Part shown: positions 52,719-63,545 of the stretch, one piece after another
How positions within the stretch are numbered: the stretch's first letter is position 1
How the letters are laid out: every line of letters starts with the position of its first letter
Source of the DNA: an uncultured Planctomycetota bacterium
Lineage (GTDB): Bacteria; Planctomycetota; Planctomycetia; Gemmatales; Gemmataceae
Assembly (NCBI GenBank): GCA_963849325.1
Contig: CAWKHF010000009.1
Span: 288,001-352,000 of the forward strand
Length of the DNA stretch: 64,000 bases
Direction of reading: 5' to 3'
The notes under the pieces: generated by a model
Told to the model about the DNA's origin: nothing
Database searches by the model: none
The model's input: only the letters and a program-made list of their open reading frames with translations
Made by a program: the position numbers and the translations under genes

Positions 52719-54183
52719 TTAGGGAGCGGAGAAAGCTCTCACAAACAGTTCCTTCACCGGCCGGCCCGTGCCGTCCAGTGTGACGTAGAACGGACGCTTC
52801 TCGACGTCGAAGGCGGTGCGCGGCGAGATGCCCAGCGCCGTCAGGATGGTCGCATGCAGGTCGGGAATGGTGATGGGGTTCTTCGTGACCAGCAGCGGCC
52901 GTTCCTTCGCCGTCTCGCCGTAGAGGAAACCCTTCTTCATGCCGCCGCCACAAAGCAGGACCGAGCCGGAGCCGGTGAAGTGCCGATGCAATCCGTAATG
53001 AATCATCTTCTCCATGCGGTCGGCCTTGGCCCGCGATTGATCTCGGGCCGTGCTGCCGGGCACGCCCTCGATCATCATGTCGCGGCTGAACTCGCTGGCG
53101 AGGACGACCAGGGTACGCTCCAGCAGTCCGCGCGCCTCCAGGTCGCGGATGAGCTGAGCGATGGGACGGTCGATCTCCTGCTTCATCCGCTGGTAGGTCG
53201 TGTGTCCGTTTTCGTGCGTGTCCCAGTGCAGGAACGGCACGTACTCCGTTGTCACCTCGATGAAGCGCGCCCCCGCCTCGGCCAATCGGCGGGCCAGCAG
53301 ACAGCCCAGGCCGAAGCGGCCGGTGTTGTAGCGGTCGAAACTTGTCCTTCGGCTCCTTCGTCAAGTCGAAAGAGTCGCGCTCCTTCGAGCTGAGCAGACG
53401 GTGAGCGTTCTCGACGGCACGCAGCATGGACTGCTGATGATAGTCTCCGGCCATCTCGCCCAGCGGGCTTTGCTTGACCAGCTCCTTGTAGCGCTTCATC
53501 CGGCCCTCGAACCGTTCGCGCGTCATCCCCTTGGGCGGGCGGACGGCGGCGACGGCGTCGGTCGGGAAGGGCAGGTTGAAGGGGCCATATTCGCTGCCGA
53601 AGAAGCCGCCGGTCGTGAACGCCTTCAGCTCCTCCGATTCGCCGATGCCCTCCAGCCGCTGGCCGATGTTGAGAAAGGCGGGGATGGCGGGATTGTTGGG
53701 TCCGCGCACCCGCGCGATCCAGGAGCCGAGGTGCGGCACGGCGACGGTCTGCGGCGGCACATAGCCGGTGTGCCAGTGATACTGGTGCCGCGAGTGCAAG
53801 ATGTTGCCCAGGTCGGCGACGACGTGCGAACGGATGAGCGTGGCCCGGTCCATGACCTTGGCGACGTTTTCCAGCCCCTGCGCGAGCTTGATGTTGTCCA
53901 CGACCGTGTCGATGGTCGGGAACGTACACAGGATTTTGTCGGCGGGCACGCCGACCTCGAAGGCGGTGTAGCGCTTGGGGTCGAACGTCTCGGGCGCCGC
54001 CATGCCGCCGGCCATCCACAGGAGGATGCAGGTGTCGGCGGTGGCCTTGGGGTGCTTGATTTTTTCCTCTGCCGCGACCAGGCGCGGCTCGCCGGCGGCC
54101 AGCGTGGTCAGGGCCGCCGCGCTCAGGCCATGCAGGAAGTCGCGGCGAGTGACATTCGGATTTGCCTGGAGATGTGCTGTCAT
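52719..54183 (-). CDS. DUF1501 domain protein, Tat-exported (frameshift near 53338)
   Basis: TRRDFL Tat motif, LLWMAGG...ETFDPK, WDTH, SEFSR, DLHATIL. Confidence 0.92.
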
Positions 54184-54200
54184 GGTGGGGATACTCCACT

Positions 54201-54554
54201 CTATGCGATCTCAAGCGCCGCCTTCAAACAGTCGTTGAGCCGCTGTTTCAACACGTCGGACAGATGACCAATCACTCGTTGGATCTTTACCTGTTCGACG
54301 ACAAAGAGGTTGTTGCACGACGCCACCGAGGGACCGTGGATGCCAGCTGAGGCTCCTTCGGGAGCAGCGGGATCAATCAGGAAGTGGCTGGGATCTCCGA
54401 GCCGCTTTTGATTGCCCGTGATGATAACGATAATTGTCTTCCGCAGCCTGGCGTTATCCCGGTCGTTCTGAACGATAATCGCCGGGCGAGCTTTCGACCG
54501 TGCCGCATCCGTGAACGGAACGTCAGCGATCACCACGTCACCGCGTCGGATCAT
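54201..54554 (-). CDS. PemK/MazF family toxin
   Basis: RRGDVVIADVPFTD...KARPAIIVQND; C-terminal IGHLS...LNDCLKAAL. Confidence 0.9.
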   Translation of the reverse strand: MIRRGDVVIADVPFTDAARSKARPAIIVQNDRDNARLRKTIIVIITGNQKRLGDPSHFLIDPAAPEGASAGIHGPSVASCNNLFVVEQVKIQRVIGHLSDVLKQRLNDCLKAALEIA

Positions 54555-54972
54555 CAGAGCCTCGGTACTTTTGATAGCTCTCTAGTAAGGGATCGTTTTC
54601 ATCATCTTCGCGCATCGCATCCGCGATCAGAGCACCGACGTCAATCCCGTCGATCTCCTCCTCATCCTCAAGAACGCCCTTCGGGCGCCCGGACATCTCA
54701 ATCTTCCGCCGAATTTCTTCCGCCTGCTCCTCCTGTTCGCGGAGGTACTGTTCGACCGCTTCTCGATGGTCCAGATAATAACCGATCAGCGTGTAGACGT
54801 CCGCCAGGCGAAGTGTATCGAATGAGTCCACAATCTCTTCCGGCGTGGCGCCATCCTTGTACGACTCGACGATCCGTTCCAGGGGGATTCGCGTACCCGT
54901 CACCCGGTATACGCCGTTGTCCAGGCGGGTTAAGGGGACTGCCCTCGGTTCAAGAACCAGAATCGATGTCAT
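54538..54972 (-). CDS. DUF433-domain antitoxin with acidic C-terminal extension
   Basis: GTRIPLERIVESYKDGATPEEIVDSFDTL.LADVY; tail EDDENDPLLESYQKY; overlaps the toxin start. Confidence 0.85.
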   Translation of the reverse strand: MTSILVLEPRAVPLTRLDNGVYRVTGTRIPLERIVESYKDGATPEEIVDSFDTLRLADVYTLIGYYLDHREAVEQYLREQEEQAEEIRRKIEMSGRPKGVLEDEEEIDGIDVGALIADAMREDDENDPLLESYQKYRGSDDPTR

Positions 54973-54997
54973 AACACTCCTCCTTTTCAATCCTATT

Positions 54998-56913
54998 TTA
55001 CCGTATCATCTGAAACTCCGGCAGCATGAACACCGCCCACAGCAGGTCCGCCAACGATTCCGGCGTGACCGACGGCCCCAGGATGTCGCGTCCGGTGGCC
55101 AACTCCGCGGCCGTCGGTCGGCGGCACAACGCCCGCAAGTAAATCCGCTCGATCCGCTGCTCGGCCGTCGGCTTTCGGACTCGTCTTTGAGCAAGTTCGC
55201 CGCCCCGCGCGTGAGGGTATCGGCCAGGATGGGGCCGTTGGACAGGTCCAGCGCCTGCAGCGTGGTCAGCTGATCGGGCCGCGTGGTGACGACCTGCTCG
55301 CGGTTGGGCCGGCCCAGCGAGCGCATCAGGGCGTCGGCCCTCACCAGGGCCGCGCGGACGTATTGCCGCTCTGGCGGCGTCGTGACAGGATACGGAGGCG
55401 ACGCGACCGGGGCGATGGCCTTCGCCGGCGCCGTGCGCGTGATCTGCCACACCGCGTCCAGGAACTGCTCGGCCGTCATCCGCTTCAGCTCCGGCCCGTG
55501 AAAGACGTAGCTCTCGGCCGTCCCTTCCTCCTTGTGTACCACCGCACGGGACTGATAGGTCCGCGAGAGAAGGATGTGTTCGAGGAGCTGCTTCATGTCG
55601 TAGCCATGATCGGCCAGGTACACGCCGAGGTAGTCGAGCAAGTCATCGTCCCACGGCTTGTTGGCCATCACGTCCACGGGATGAACGATGCCGCGGCCGA
55701 ACAGGCGCTGCCAAAGGCGGTTGGCGAGGGTCCGCGTGAAGCGGCCGTTGTCCGGGTGCGTGACAAGACGCGCCAGTTGCTCGAGCCGCCTGGCTCGCGG
55801 CTGGGAAGCGTCGATGCCGCCCAGCTGTGGCCAGAGGAAGCGAGGCACGGCCTTGCGGCCGAGCGGTTTGTCGCAGCGGTGCATCTCCAGCGGACGATCG
55901 GCGATGACCGCCGCCAGGCTGTAGGCGTCGTCCAGCTTCCAGGTGTCGATGAAGCTGTCGTGACACGAGGCGCATTTCATGTTGATGCCGAAGAACACCT
56001 GCGAGACGTTCTGCGAAAATTGCAGTTCCGGCACCTGGCTGGCGTTGACCCGGCCGCGCCACTTGATGCCCTTGATGAATCCTTCCGACTCCGCCGATGG
56101 GCTGATCAATTCACGGACGAATTGATCGTAGGGCTTGTTGTCCAGCAGCGAGCGATAGAGCCAGCCGGTGATCTGCTGGCGGCCGCCGTCGATGTAGCCG
56201 GTGCCCTGGTAGTCGTTGCGCAGCAGATCGTTCCAGAAGGTCAACCAGTGCTCGGCGTAGGCGCGGCGATCATCCAGAAGTCGGCGGATCAGCCGCGCGC
56301 GTTTGTCGGCGGTCGAGTCGTGGACGAAGGCGGCTCAGTTCCTCGGGCGCCGGTAGCTGGCCAATCACGTCGAGGTACAACCGGCGGGCGAAGGCGGCAT
56401 CGTCATCGAGCGCGGCCGGCGGCGTCAGATGGTTGCGAGCATAGTAGGCGTCGAGGATGCGGTCGATCGGATGGTCATGGCCGGCGCGGACGGGGGTAGG
56501 ACCGGCCGACGAGGTTGGAGCGGAGGCGTGTAGGCGTTCGCCTGGAAGGTGAATCCTTCCTGCCAGGGCAACCCCTGGTCGATCCACGCGCGCAGGAGGG
56601 CGACCTCTTTGTCCGTGAGCCGTTCGCCCTTGGGCGGCATGCGTTCGTCGGGATCGCGGGACGTTATGCGCTTCACCAGTTCGCTATCGCCGCTTTTGCC
56701 GGGCACGACCACCTTGGCCCTGAGCACCGCCGCCCGCGTATCCAGCGAGAGCGATCCCTTGTGTTTGCCGTTGGTATGGCATTCGCCGCAGCGGGCCTTG
56801 AGGATCGGCACGACGTCGTGCGCGAAATCGATCGGCTTCGACGCCGGCTCCGCGGCGCACGCCGGCGGCAGCGGACAGGCAAGGGCGAGAAGGCCGACAA
56901 GAATTCGGCGCAT
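54998..56913 (-). CDS. PSD1 / planctomycete cytochrome c protein (DUF1549 + DUF1553; several frameshifts)
   Basis: IDFAHDVVPILKARCGECH, RMPP, WIDQG, CASCHD, NRLWQRLFGRGIV, LQALDLSNG. Confidence 0.92.
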
Positions 56914-57172
56914 GCAACCGTTCCTTTCGCGTTCGGATGGACTCGATTCCTTTCGTTGTAACCTACGGCAACCCGTCGAACCAGTCCCCGGTGATCGATT
57001 CTCCTCTCCTTCGCCGATCTGCTAGAGTATCGGCAGCAACCTCCGCACGGTCCAGCTGGCTCCGTGGGGACGGCGCTTCAGGGGATGATCGGCCCATGCG
57101 ATCGCAGGATTTGCGGAAGACCGAAAGAGCGCGTCGGCCCCGACCCGCGCCGCGCGGAAGCGGAAGACGCCC

Positions 57173-57913
57173 TTGCCGCCGCCCCAGAAACCCGTCGATT
57201 ATCGCCAACCCCGCCGCGTCTACGAGGCCATCCGGGTCGGCAACGGGACCGTGCTGGTCGAGAAGCAACTGCTTTCCGACGCCCCCGACGTTGCCAAACA
57301 ATCGCTGGCGCGACTGAGGAAGAAATGGAGTGAGGCGCTTGCGGCCCTTCCCCGCGCCGTCCGCGCGGACATGCGGAAACTGCCGCTTTTTCTCCTCTAC
57401 GGACCCAAAGCCAAGGGCGGCGGCCGCGACAACGGACTCGAATACTTCCCGAAGAACGCACCCAGGCATCACCGCACGCTCGATCCGCGCTGGAGCAACT
57501 GCGTGGTCGTTTATTGTGCCGAGAATTACCTGCGGATTTCGGACTTCTGGGCGCTGAAGGCGCTGGTGCATGAGTTCGCCCACGCTCATCATCTGGGACA
57601 ATGGCCGGAGGACCAGCCGGACATTTACCAGGGCTGGAAAAACGCCGTCAAACGTCGCCTCTATCGCGGCGTCCCGGATGCCGAGGGCCGGAAGATCGTC
57701 CGGGCGTATGCGCTGGTGAACCAGCTGGAATACTTCGCCGAGCTGTCCTGCGCGTATTTCGTCGGCTGCAATTATCGGCCGTTCAATCGAGCCGAACTGA
57801 AGACCTACGATCCGGCTGGTTATGCCCTAATTCAAAAGATGTGGGGCGTGAAAGACAAGGCCGAGTCGCGACCGTCAGGGAGCGGTTCTCGCGGCCAAAA
57901 CCCCGCTCCCTGA
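57173..57913 (+). CDS. Zinc metallopeptidase (HExxH + E, anthrax-LF/MtfA-like); start uncertain
   Basis: LVHEFAHAHH...YALVNQLEYFAELS...PFNRAELKTYDP. Confidence 0.8.
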   Translation: MPPPQKPVDYRQPRRVYEAIRVGNGTVLVEKQLLSDAPDVAKQSLARLRKKWSEALAALPRAVRADMRKLPLFLLYGPKAKGGGRDNGLEYFPKNAPRHHRTLDPRWSNCVVVYCAENYLRISDFWALKALVHEFAHAHHLGQWPEDQPDIYQGWKNAVKRRLYRGVPDAEGRKIVRAYALVNQLEYFAELSCAYFVGCNYRPFNRAELKTYDPAGYALIQKMWGVKDKAESRPSGSGSRGQNPAP

Positions 57914-57927
57914 CGGTCGCGGCTCGG
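57861..57927. repeat. REP-like palindrome (CGCGACCGTCAGGGAGCGG...CCGCTCCCTGACGGTCGCG)
   Basis: Inverted repeat; half copy at 52706-52729. Confidence 0.85.
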
Positions 57928-58088
57928 TTGGGGAAACACAAAGGCCGGCTCCCCCGAAGGGGAACCGGCCTGTGTCGCACTGTCGCCCAATCAGTACGAC
58001 AAAAACTAAGATGCCACAACCCTGACCTCTCCGCAAGAGCGAAAGAATTACTTCTTCGTAAGCATTTCGCCGCTCGTAGGGCGGCCGT

Positions 58089-58140
58089 CCGAGCCGGAAG
58101 CGTAAGCGAAGAGCAACCTTCGCTTACGCTTCCGGCTCGG
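58089..58140. repeat. REP-like palindrome (CCGAGCCGGAAGCGTAAGCGAAG...)
   Basis: Perfect inverted repeat; relatives at 37260-37289 and 41052-41099. Confidence 0.85.
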
Positions 58141-59422
58141 ATAGAAACTCACTTGTTCCGGCGCGCCGATGGCAGAGCAGATAGAACAACGCGGCCCCCA
58201 CCCCGCCGCAACCGCAGGCGACATACAACAGTACCTCCGGGCCGAGGCTGAGCCACAATCCGGCCCCGGCCAGCGACGCGGTGCAGACGGCGAAGCTGCG
58301 GATGCCCCAGTACAATCCTACCCCGCGCGCCCGCACCTCCGGCGGCAACAGCGACGTGATAAGCGCCTTGCGGGCCGGCTCGCCGATCTCGCGCAGACCC
58401 TGGACGACAAACGCCAGCACCAGCCAATCGCCGCCCGGCAGCAGTGCCAGCGCCAGCGGAAACAGGGCGAAGAAGAGGAACGTCAGTCCGATGAACGGCT
58501 GCAAACCGACTGTCCGCGTCAGCCGGCCGATGGGCAGGTACGTCAGCAGGGCCACCGTGTTCTGCACGGCGACGAAGACGCCGAACTGTTCCAGCGACAG
58601 GCCGCGCACGAAATACACGTAGAGGACGATGAAATCGCGCACCAGCCAATCGCACCAGCGTTTGAAGACCTCGGCCAGCAAGAGACGCCGCAACGTCGGG
58701 TGCATCCGCCGCAGGACTTCGCCGACGGAATGATCCGACGCCGGCGGCTGACGGTGCGGCATCCATCGCCACTGCACGGCCAGCGAGACCAGACCCAGGA
58801 GCAACGACACACGGACCAGCCAGCGCATGCCGTCCACGGTCCCTTGTTCGTCGCCGCGTAGCCTTTGTGCCTGCGTCAGCACGAAGCCGGCGATGAGCGG
58901 GCCGAGCACCTTGGGCAGTCGTTTCTGGATCGATTGCAGGGCGAAGGCCATGCCGCGGCCGGATCGGCTCACAGTGGCGCCGACGGTCGTGAACGTGACC
59001 GGCACGGATAGCGGCTCCCAGCCGAGGATGAGCAGGGCGGCGAGCACGGCCCCCGCCGGCGCTCCCCAGGCCAACAACAAAACATATCCGCCGACCGTCA
59101 GCATACCGAACAGCAGTAGCGAACCGCGATCGCCCAGGCGGGCCGTCAATTGTCCACCGCCAATGTAGCAGAGGCCCTCGAACAGGTTGCGCAGGCAGGT
59201 GTAAATGCCGACGGTCCACAGGGTCGAAACGGCCAGGCCGACCGGCGACGGCGCGGCCCGGATCGCGTCCTTGCTCCGTGCCTGCAAGTACACCGGCATG
59301 TACGGCTCCCACAACTGCTCGCCCAGGCCGAAGCAGAGCACGGCGAGGAGGACGACCGCTAACGTGCGGTTGAGGACCAGCAGTTTCGCCAAGGAAGGCC
59401 GAGCTTTCGGGGATGCCGTCAT
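58124..59422 (-). CDS. MFS transporter
   Basis: About 12 TM helices; GQLTARLGDR motif-A-like; EVRARGVGLY. Confidence 0.9.
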   Translation of the reverse strand: MTASPKARPSLAKLLVLNRTLAVVLLAVLCFGLGEQLWEPYMPVYLQARSKDAIRAAPSPVGLAVSTLWTVGIYTCLRNLFEGLCYIGGGQLTARLGDRGSLLLFGMLTVGGYVLLLAWGAPAGAVLAALLILGWEPLSVPVTFTTVGATVSRSGRGMAFALQSIQKRLPKVLGPLIAGFVLTQAQRLRGDEQGTVDGMRWLVRVSLLLGLVSLAVQWRWMPHRQPPASDHSVGEVLRRMHPTLRRLLLAEVFKRWCDWLVRDFIVLYVYFVRGLSLEQFGVFVAVQNTVALLTYLPIGRLTRTVGLQPFIGLTFLFFALFPLALALLPGGDWLVLAFVVQGLREIGEPARKALITSLLPPEVRARGVGLYWGIRSFAVCTASLAGAGLWLSLGPEVLLYVACGCGGVGAALFYLLCHRRAGTSEFLSEPEA

Positions 59423-59470
59423 GATGCCATGATATAATGATTGCGGCACGCCCGTGGAGGATCGTTCCTC

Positions 59471-59860
59471 ATGTCCGAGTCGGTACAGAACGCCAAACGT
59501 GTGTTGAGCGTTGGCCAGTGTTTTGCCGATCATTCCGCCATCGCGCGGGTGCTGCGCGGCTCTTTCGGAGCAGAAGTTGTCGGTGCCGACACACGGCGGG
59601 AAGCCCTGGAATTGCTTCGTCAGGAGACTTTCGCGCTAATCCTGGTCAATCGCGTCTTCGACGCGGACGGCTCGTCCGGGCTGGACCTGATCGGAGCGAT
59701 CCGGGCCGATGAGGAGATGCGTAACGTCCCCGTCATGCTGGTGAGCAACTACGAGGACGCCCAGGCGCAGGCCGTGAAGATGGGAGCGACGCCCGGCTTC
59801 GGAAAGGCGGCGCTAGGGCAGGCGCACATGCTGGCTCGCGTCGAGCCGCATCTAAGCTGA
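59471..59860 (+). CDS. Stand-alone atypical receiver (CheY-like) protein
   Basis: CheY topology (RVLSV, LILVN, GLDLI, VPVMLVS, GFGK); Asn at the phospho-Asp position. Confidence 0.8.
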   Translation: MSESVQNAKRVLSVGQCFADHSAIARVLRGSFGAEVVGADTRREALELLRQETFALILVNRVFDADGSSGLDLIGAIRADEEMRNVPVMLVSNYEDAQAQAVKMGATPGFGKAALGQAHMLARVEPHLS

Positions 59861-60220
59861 CCCCGCCATCCCGCGTCGTTTGACGACATGCGCGCGAGAT
59901 AGCAAGATCGCGCGTAGGTTATCCTGGGAACCCTGGGACGCCTCGATCATGCCGCGCGTCTTCGCGGCTGCCTCGTCGCATTGGCGCAGATACGCTTCAA
60001 ACGGAGTGGAGTCTGCAAGGAAGCGGCTGATGACCGCGTAAACGTCGGCCAGGTTGAGGGCGTCATAGGACTGGACGATGGACTCCGGCGTGGAGCCGGC
60101 CTTGAAAGCACGGAGGACCAACTCCAGAAGGACACGACTCTTGCCCACGCGAAAGACGCCCGCTGGCTCCTCACGGAGCGGCACCGCAACGGTTAGAGGC
60201 TCGAAATCAAGCGTCGTCAT
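59852..60220 (-). CDS. Orphan DUF433-domain protein
   Basis: SRVLLELVLRAFKAGSTPESIVQSYDALNLADVYAVI. Confidence 0.85.
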   Translation of the reverse strand: MTTLDFEPLTVAVPLREEPAGVFRVGKSRVLLELVLRAFKAGSTPESIVQSYDALNLADVYAVISRFLADSTPFEAYLRQCDEAAAKTRGMIEASQGSQDNLRAILLSRAHVVKRRGMAGSA

Positions 60221-60346
60221 CGGCTCAACCCTTTCAGTCAACGAACCTCCCGTATTGTACGTCTGTCCAACCACGTCTCCGTCCATAGCGGCCGATGGAG
60301 GCTATATCCGCGTGGCGATCGTGCGGGAGGAAGACGGCTGACGATC

Positions 60347-63300
60347 TCACTTTGCCACATCCAGGCGCAGCACGTCGCCGTACCCCAGGGCCGGAATCGT
60401 GAGGACAACGCGCCCCTTCTCCTGGCTCACCGGCAATTCGCCGTGGTAGGCGCTGATCGCCTTGGCGATCTTGTCCTCGCTGCGGATGCGCAGCGTCACT
60501 TTTTGACCAACCCGGTCATGATAGTTGGCGAGCGGTAGGATGTATCCTCCCGGCCCTCGGAGCAAGCGCACGTCCACCAGCGCCGGCGTCGCCTCGATGA
60601 TCGGCTGCACGTGAGCGGCCTGGAGCACCAGTTGGAGCAGCGCTCGCGTTCCTCGGTTGAACGCGGTGGGGATCGAGTGCGTATGGGGTCCGCGATCCGG
60701 CACGACCGGCGGTTGCAATGCCGACCAGAGATAAGCCACGCCAGGCAGGGCGGCGACATAGAAGACATGTCCCTTGCCCAGACGCCGCTCTACGATGGCC
60801 GCCCCCTCGTCGTGCTGGAAGCGCGCGAGGACGGTGGCGTCCTTCGCGGGAACGATGCGCTCGCGGGTCGCCAATTGCGGCAGGAGGCCGCCGGGACAGA
60901 CGATCTGGTCGAGCGGCTTGAGGAACGGCAACTCCTGACGCGGCCGGAAGAAAACCGTGTGCTCCTCGCTCTGCCGCTCCTCCAGTCCGAACAGCTTCTC
61001 GAACGCCGGCGTCGGCGTGCGATAGGGATCGTAGCGCCCCGTGTTGGCGGTCGCCAGTACGACGCCGCCCTGGCGCACCCAGGCTTCCAGCGCCGTCGCC
61101 AGGCTCGGCGGCAGGCAATCGCCAACAACGATCAGCACCTTGTAATCCTTCAGCCCCTTTTCGCTGACGTCTTCCTCCATGACGAGGTCCGGCGACGCGC
61201 CCAGGAACGTCAGGGCAGTCCACAGGCCGAGTCGATCCATGTGGGCGTTCAGGCGCATCTTGCGGAAGTTCGGGCCGAACAGGGCGTGTCCGGCGGAATC
61301 CTCGGCGACACCGGCGAAGTCCCAGCGTTCGGTGCTGGCGCTGAGGAGCAGAGCCACCGGCGATGGCACGGGCCGCGACTTCGGCAGCAGGTCTTCGACC
61401 AGGCCGACGGCGTGCGTCACGTCACGGAGGGCGCGATAGCGGGCGTGGTCGCGGTGGTCGATGTGGTTTTCCGTGAAGGTCTCGTTCATGCCGATGCCGA
61501 AGAAGTCGAGCATGGTCGCTCCGTGCGCCAGGTGCGTGAAGGCGGAGCGAAGGAAGTTCGCCTCGGTGTTGCCCGGTGAGTGCGGCATGGTGTACTGGCG
61601 GATCACGGCCTGGGGATTATCGCGCATGCCGGCGCGGAAGTGCTCGGCGATGTAGCCGTTGATCATCGGCCCGGCCTGGGCGACCTGCCAGAAGTATTCG
61701 CTGTGCCGGCCGAGGTCCGCCGCTCCTTCGCGGAACCACTTCACGTATAGGGTGCTGTGCGGATAGTAAAACGGGTGGCACGAGTAGTTCGCCCCGCACA
61801 GCACGTCGTCGCCCAGCGTCTTCTTGACGTCCTTCCTGCCCTCGGCGACGAAGCGAATGGCGGTCTCCTCGTAGAAGAGCAGCGAATCGACGTACAGTCG
61901 AACGTTGGCCGCCGCCGCCGCGGCGCTGCTGTCGGGCCGCATGCGGCCGGGGTTGAACGGACCCCACTTGTCCAGCCAGTACGTGGCGAGCGGGACGTCG
62001 GCCCGGTTGGCCCGCAGCCAATCGAACCACAACTTCGACAACACGTTGATCGGCTTGACCTTCTTGCCCTCCGGCCCGCCCTTCTCGATCTCGCTGTCGA
62101 TGCGCAGCCGCATCCACTCGGAGAAAGCGATCTCGTCGCCGTAGTCGAAGAAGCGGAGTTGTCCTCTCAGGCCGTTGCGTGCCAGCGTCCGCTGGGCCTG
62201 TTCGATGTTGCCGCGCGTCGGCGGGTTGCGGTAGCCGCTGGCCGACCAGCTTCGGCTCGGCGGGATGCCGGCGTCGCGCAGGTTCTGGAGGACGGCCGGC
62301 CCGCTGTGCGCCGGGTGCAGCGAGCGGAAGCCAAGGGCGGCGTACAACTCGGCGTACTTGCGGCCGTATGCGCTGTCGATGCCGAGCGGCATCCAACCAC
62401 CAAAACAGAGAGGTTGCGTCGGTTTTTTGCCGATGGCTGGTGTCTTCTTCAATTCCGCCAGCACGGCGTCCAGTTCCTCAATCGGCGTGATGGGCCGATC
62501 GCCCTTGCCCGGATACGGCGGCAGATAGACCTGGACAATCCCCTCTCCCGATAATTTGCGTTCGACCGTGCCGCCGGTGGGACGGATTTGCACGTCGAAC
62601 GTCTTCGCCGAGCCGCCGAAGCGGACGAGGCTGAAGTGGGCCGTATCCTGCATGCGCAGCGAGACCCATCCGCTGGCGGACCCCGGCGCAACGCCGCGCA
62701 CCGGCTCCGCCTCGCTGACGCCCCACGGAACGCGATTGTAAACGTGAGTGATGGGGAAGTCGGCCGGCCGGTCGCCGCGATTGGTGAAGCGCACCTCGTA
62801 GCGCGGCCCTCGACTGTCGCGGAAGGCGTCGAGCAGCGGATACAACTTCGTGGCCTTGGCGTAATGCTTCCTCCAGGCGTCTTCCGTGTCGCGCGTCAGG
62901 TAGACCAGATCGATGTTGCGGTTGGCCGCCCTGCCCGGTTCTTGCGGTTGCGCCGAACCTCGGAGGTAGATCCGCGCCGGACCCGCTTTCAATTCGGGGA
63001 CCGCGACGGCTTCCGCGAACAGACCTTCCGGTCCCCAGGACGGATCGTGCTGCGCCTTGGCGACGGGTTCGCCAAGTCCGTAGCGCGGACTGTTCTTCGT
63101 ACCCATGACGCGATCGAGGACGTTGCGTCCGTCCTGTTGGACGACGACACGAAAGCGCGCTTCGCAGAAGCCCGGGTACTCGTAACGAACCCACAGCCGA
63201 TAGGCGCCTGTTTCGGGCACCGTTACGTCCGCGAAAGCGGAGGCGCTGTCGTCCTTGCTGTCGAGACCGAGCAGGCGTTCGCCGGAAATGTGATTGAAAC

Positions 63301-63490
63301 CGATGATGTCCACCATGTAATTGCCGTGGCCATTGGGGATGACCTTCCAGCCGGATTCGACGTGGAAGTCCTCGGCTTCGAGGGCGATGGCGGGGGCGAG
63401 GCGGAACGCCGGCTGAGCGAATAAGGGGACATCTGGCCCGGCGACGAAGGAGATCAAGGCGAAGAGAAAGCAGCCTGCCAATCGCGGCAT
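60347..63490 (-). CDS. Large secreted putative glycoside hydrolase with beta-galactosidase trimerisation-like domain
   Basis: Signal peptide, LEAEDF CBM-like start, DYGDE, VALLLS...YKVLIV...AWVRQGGVVL...GKGHVFY. Confidence 0.65.
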   Translation of the reverse strand: MPRLAGCFLFALISFVAGPDVPLFAQPAFRLAPAIALEAEDFHVESGWKVIPNGHGNYMVDIIGFNHISGERLLGLDSKDDSASAFADVTVPETGAYRLWVRYEYPGFCEARFRVVVQQDGRNVLDRVMGTKNSPRYGLGEPVAKAQHDPSWGPEGLFAEAVAVPELKAGPARIYLRGSAQPQEPGRAANRNIDLVYLTRDTEDAWRKHYAKATKLYPLLDAFRDSRGPRYEVRFTNRGDRPADFPITHVYNRVPWGVSEAEPVRGVAPGSASGWVSLRMQDTAHFSLVRFGGSAKTFDVQIRPTGGTVERKLSGEGIVQVYLPPYPGKGDRPITPIEELDAVLAELKKTPAIGKKPTQPLCFGGWMPLGIDSAYGRKYAELYAALGFRSLHPAHSGPAVLQNLRDAGIPPSRSWSASGYRNPPTRGNIEQAQRTLARNGLRGQLRFFDYGDEIAFSEWMRLRIDSEIEKGGPEGKKVKPINVLSKLWFDWLRANRADVPLATYWLDKWGPFNPGRMRPDSSAAAAAANVRLYVDSLLFYEETAIRFVAEGRKDVKKTLGDDVLCGANYSCHPFYYPHSTLYVKWFREGAADLGRHSEYFWQVAQAGPMINGYIAEHFRAGMRDNPQAVIRQYTMPHSPGNTEANFLRSAFTHLAHGATMLDFFGIGMNETFTENHIDHRDHARYRALRDVTHAVGLVEDLLPKSRPVPSPVALLLSASTERWDFAGVAEDSAGHALFGPNFRKMRLNAHMDRLGLWTALTFLGASPDLVMEEDVSEKGLKDYKVLIVVGDCLPPSLATALEAWVRQGGVVLATANTGRYDPYRTPTPAFEKLFGLEERQSEEHTVFFRPRQELPFLKPLDQIVCPGGLLPQLATRERIVPAKDATVLARFQHDEGAAIVERRLGKGHVFYVAALPGVAYLWSALQPPVVPDRGPHTHSIPTAFNRGTRALLQLVLQAAHVQPIIEATPALVDVRLLRGPGGYILPLANYHDRVGQKVTLRIRSEDKIAKAISAYHGELPVSQEKGRVVLTIPALGYGDVLRLDVAK

Positions 63491-63545
63491 GGGGATTCCT
63501 TCCAGTTAAAAAATCCGAACACGCTTTTCTGTCCCCGAGCGGCAC

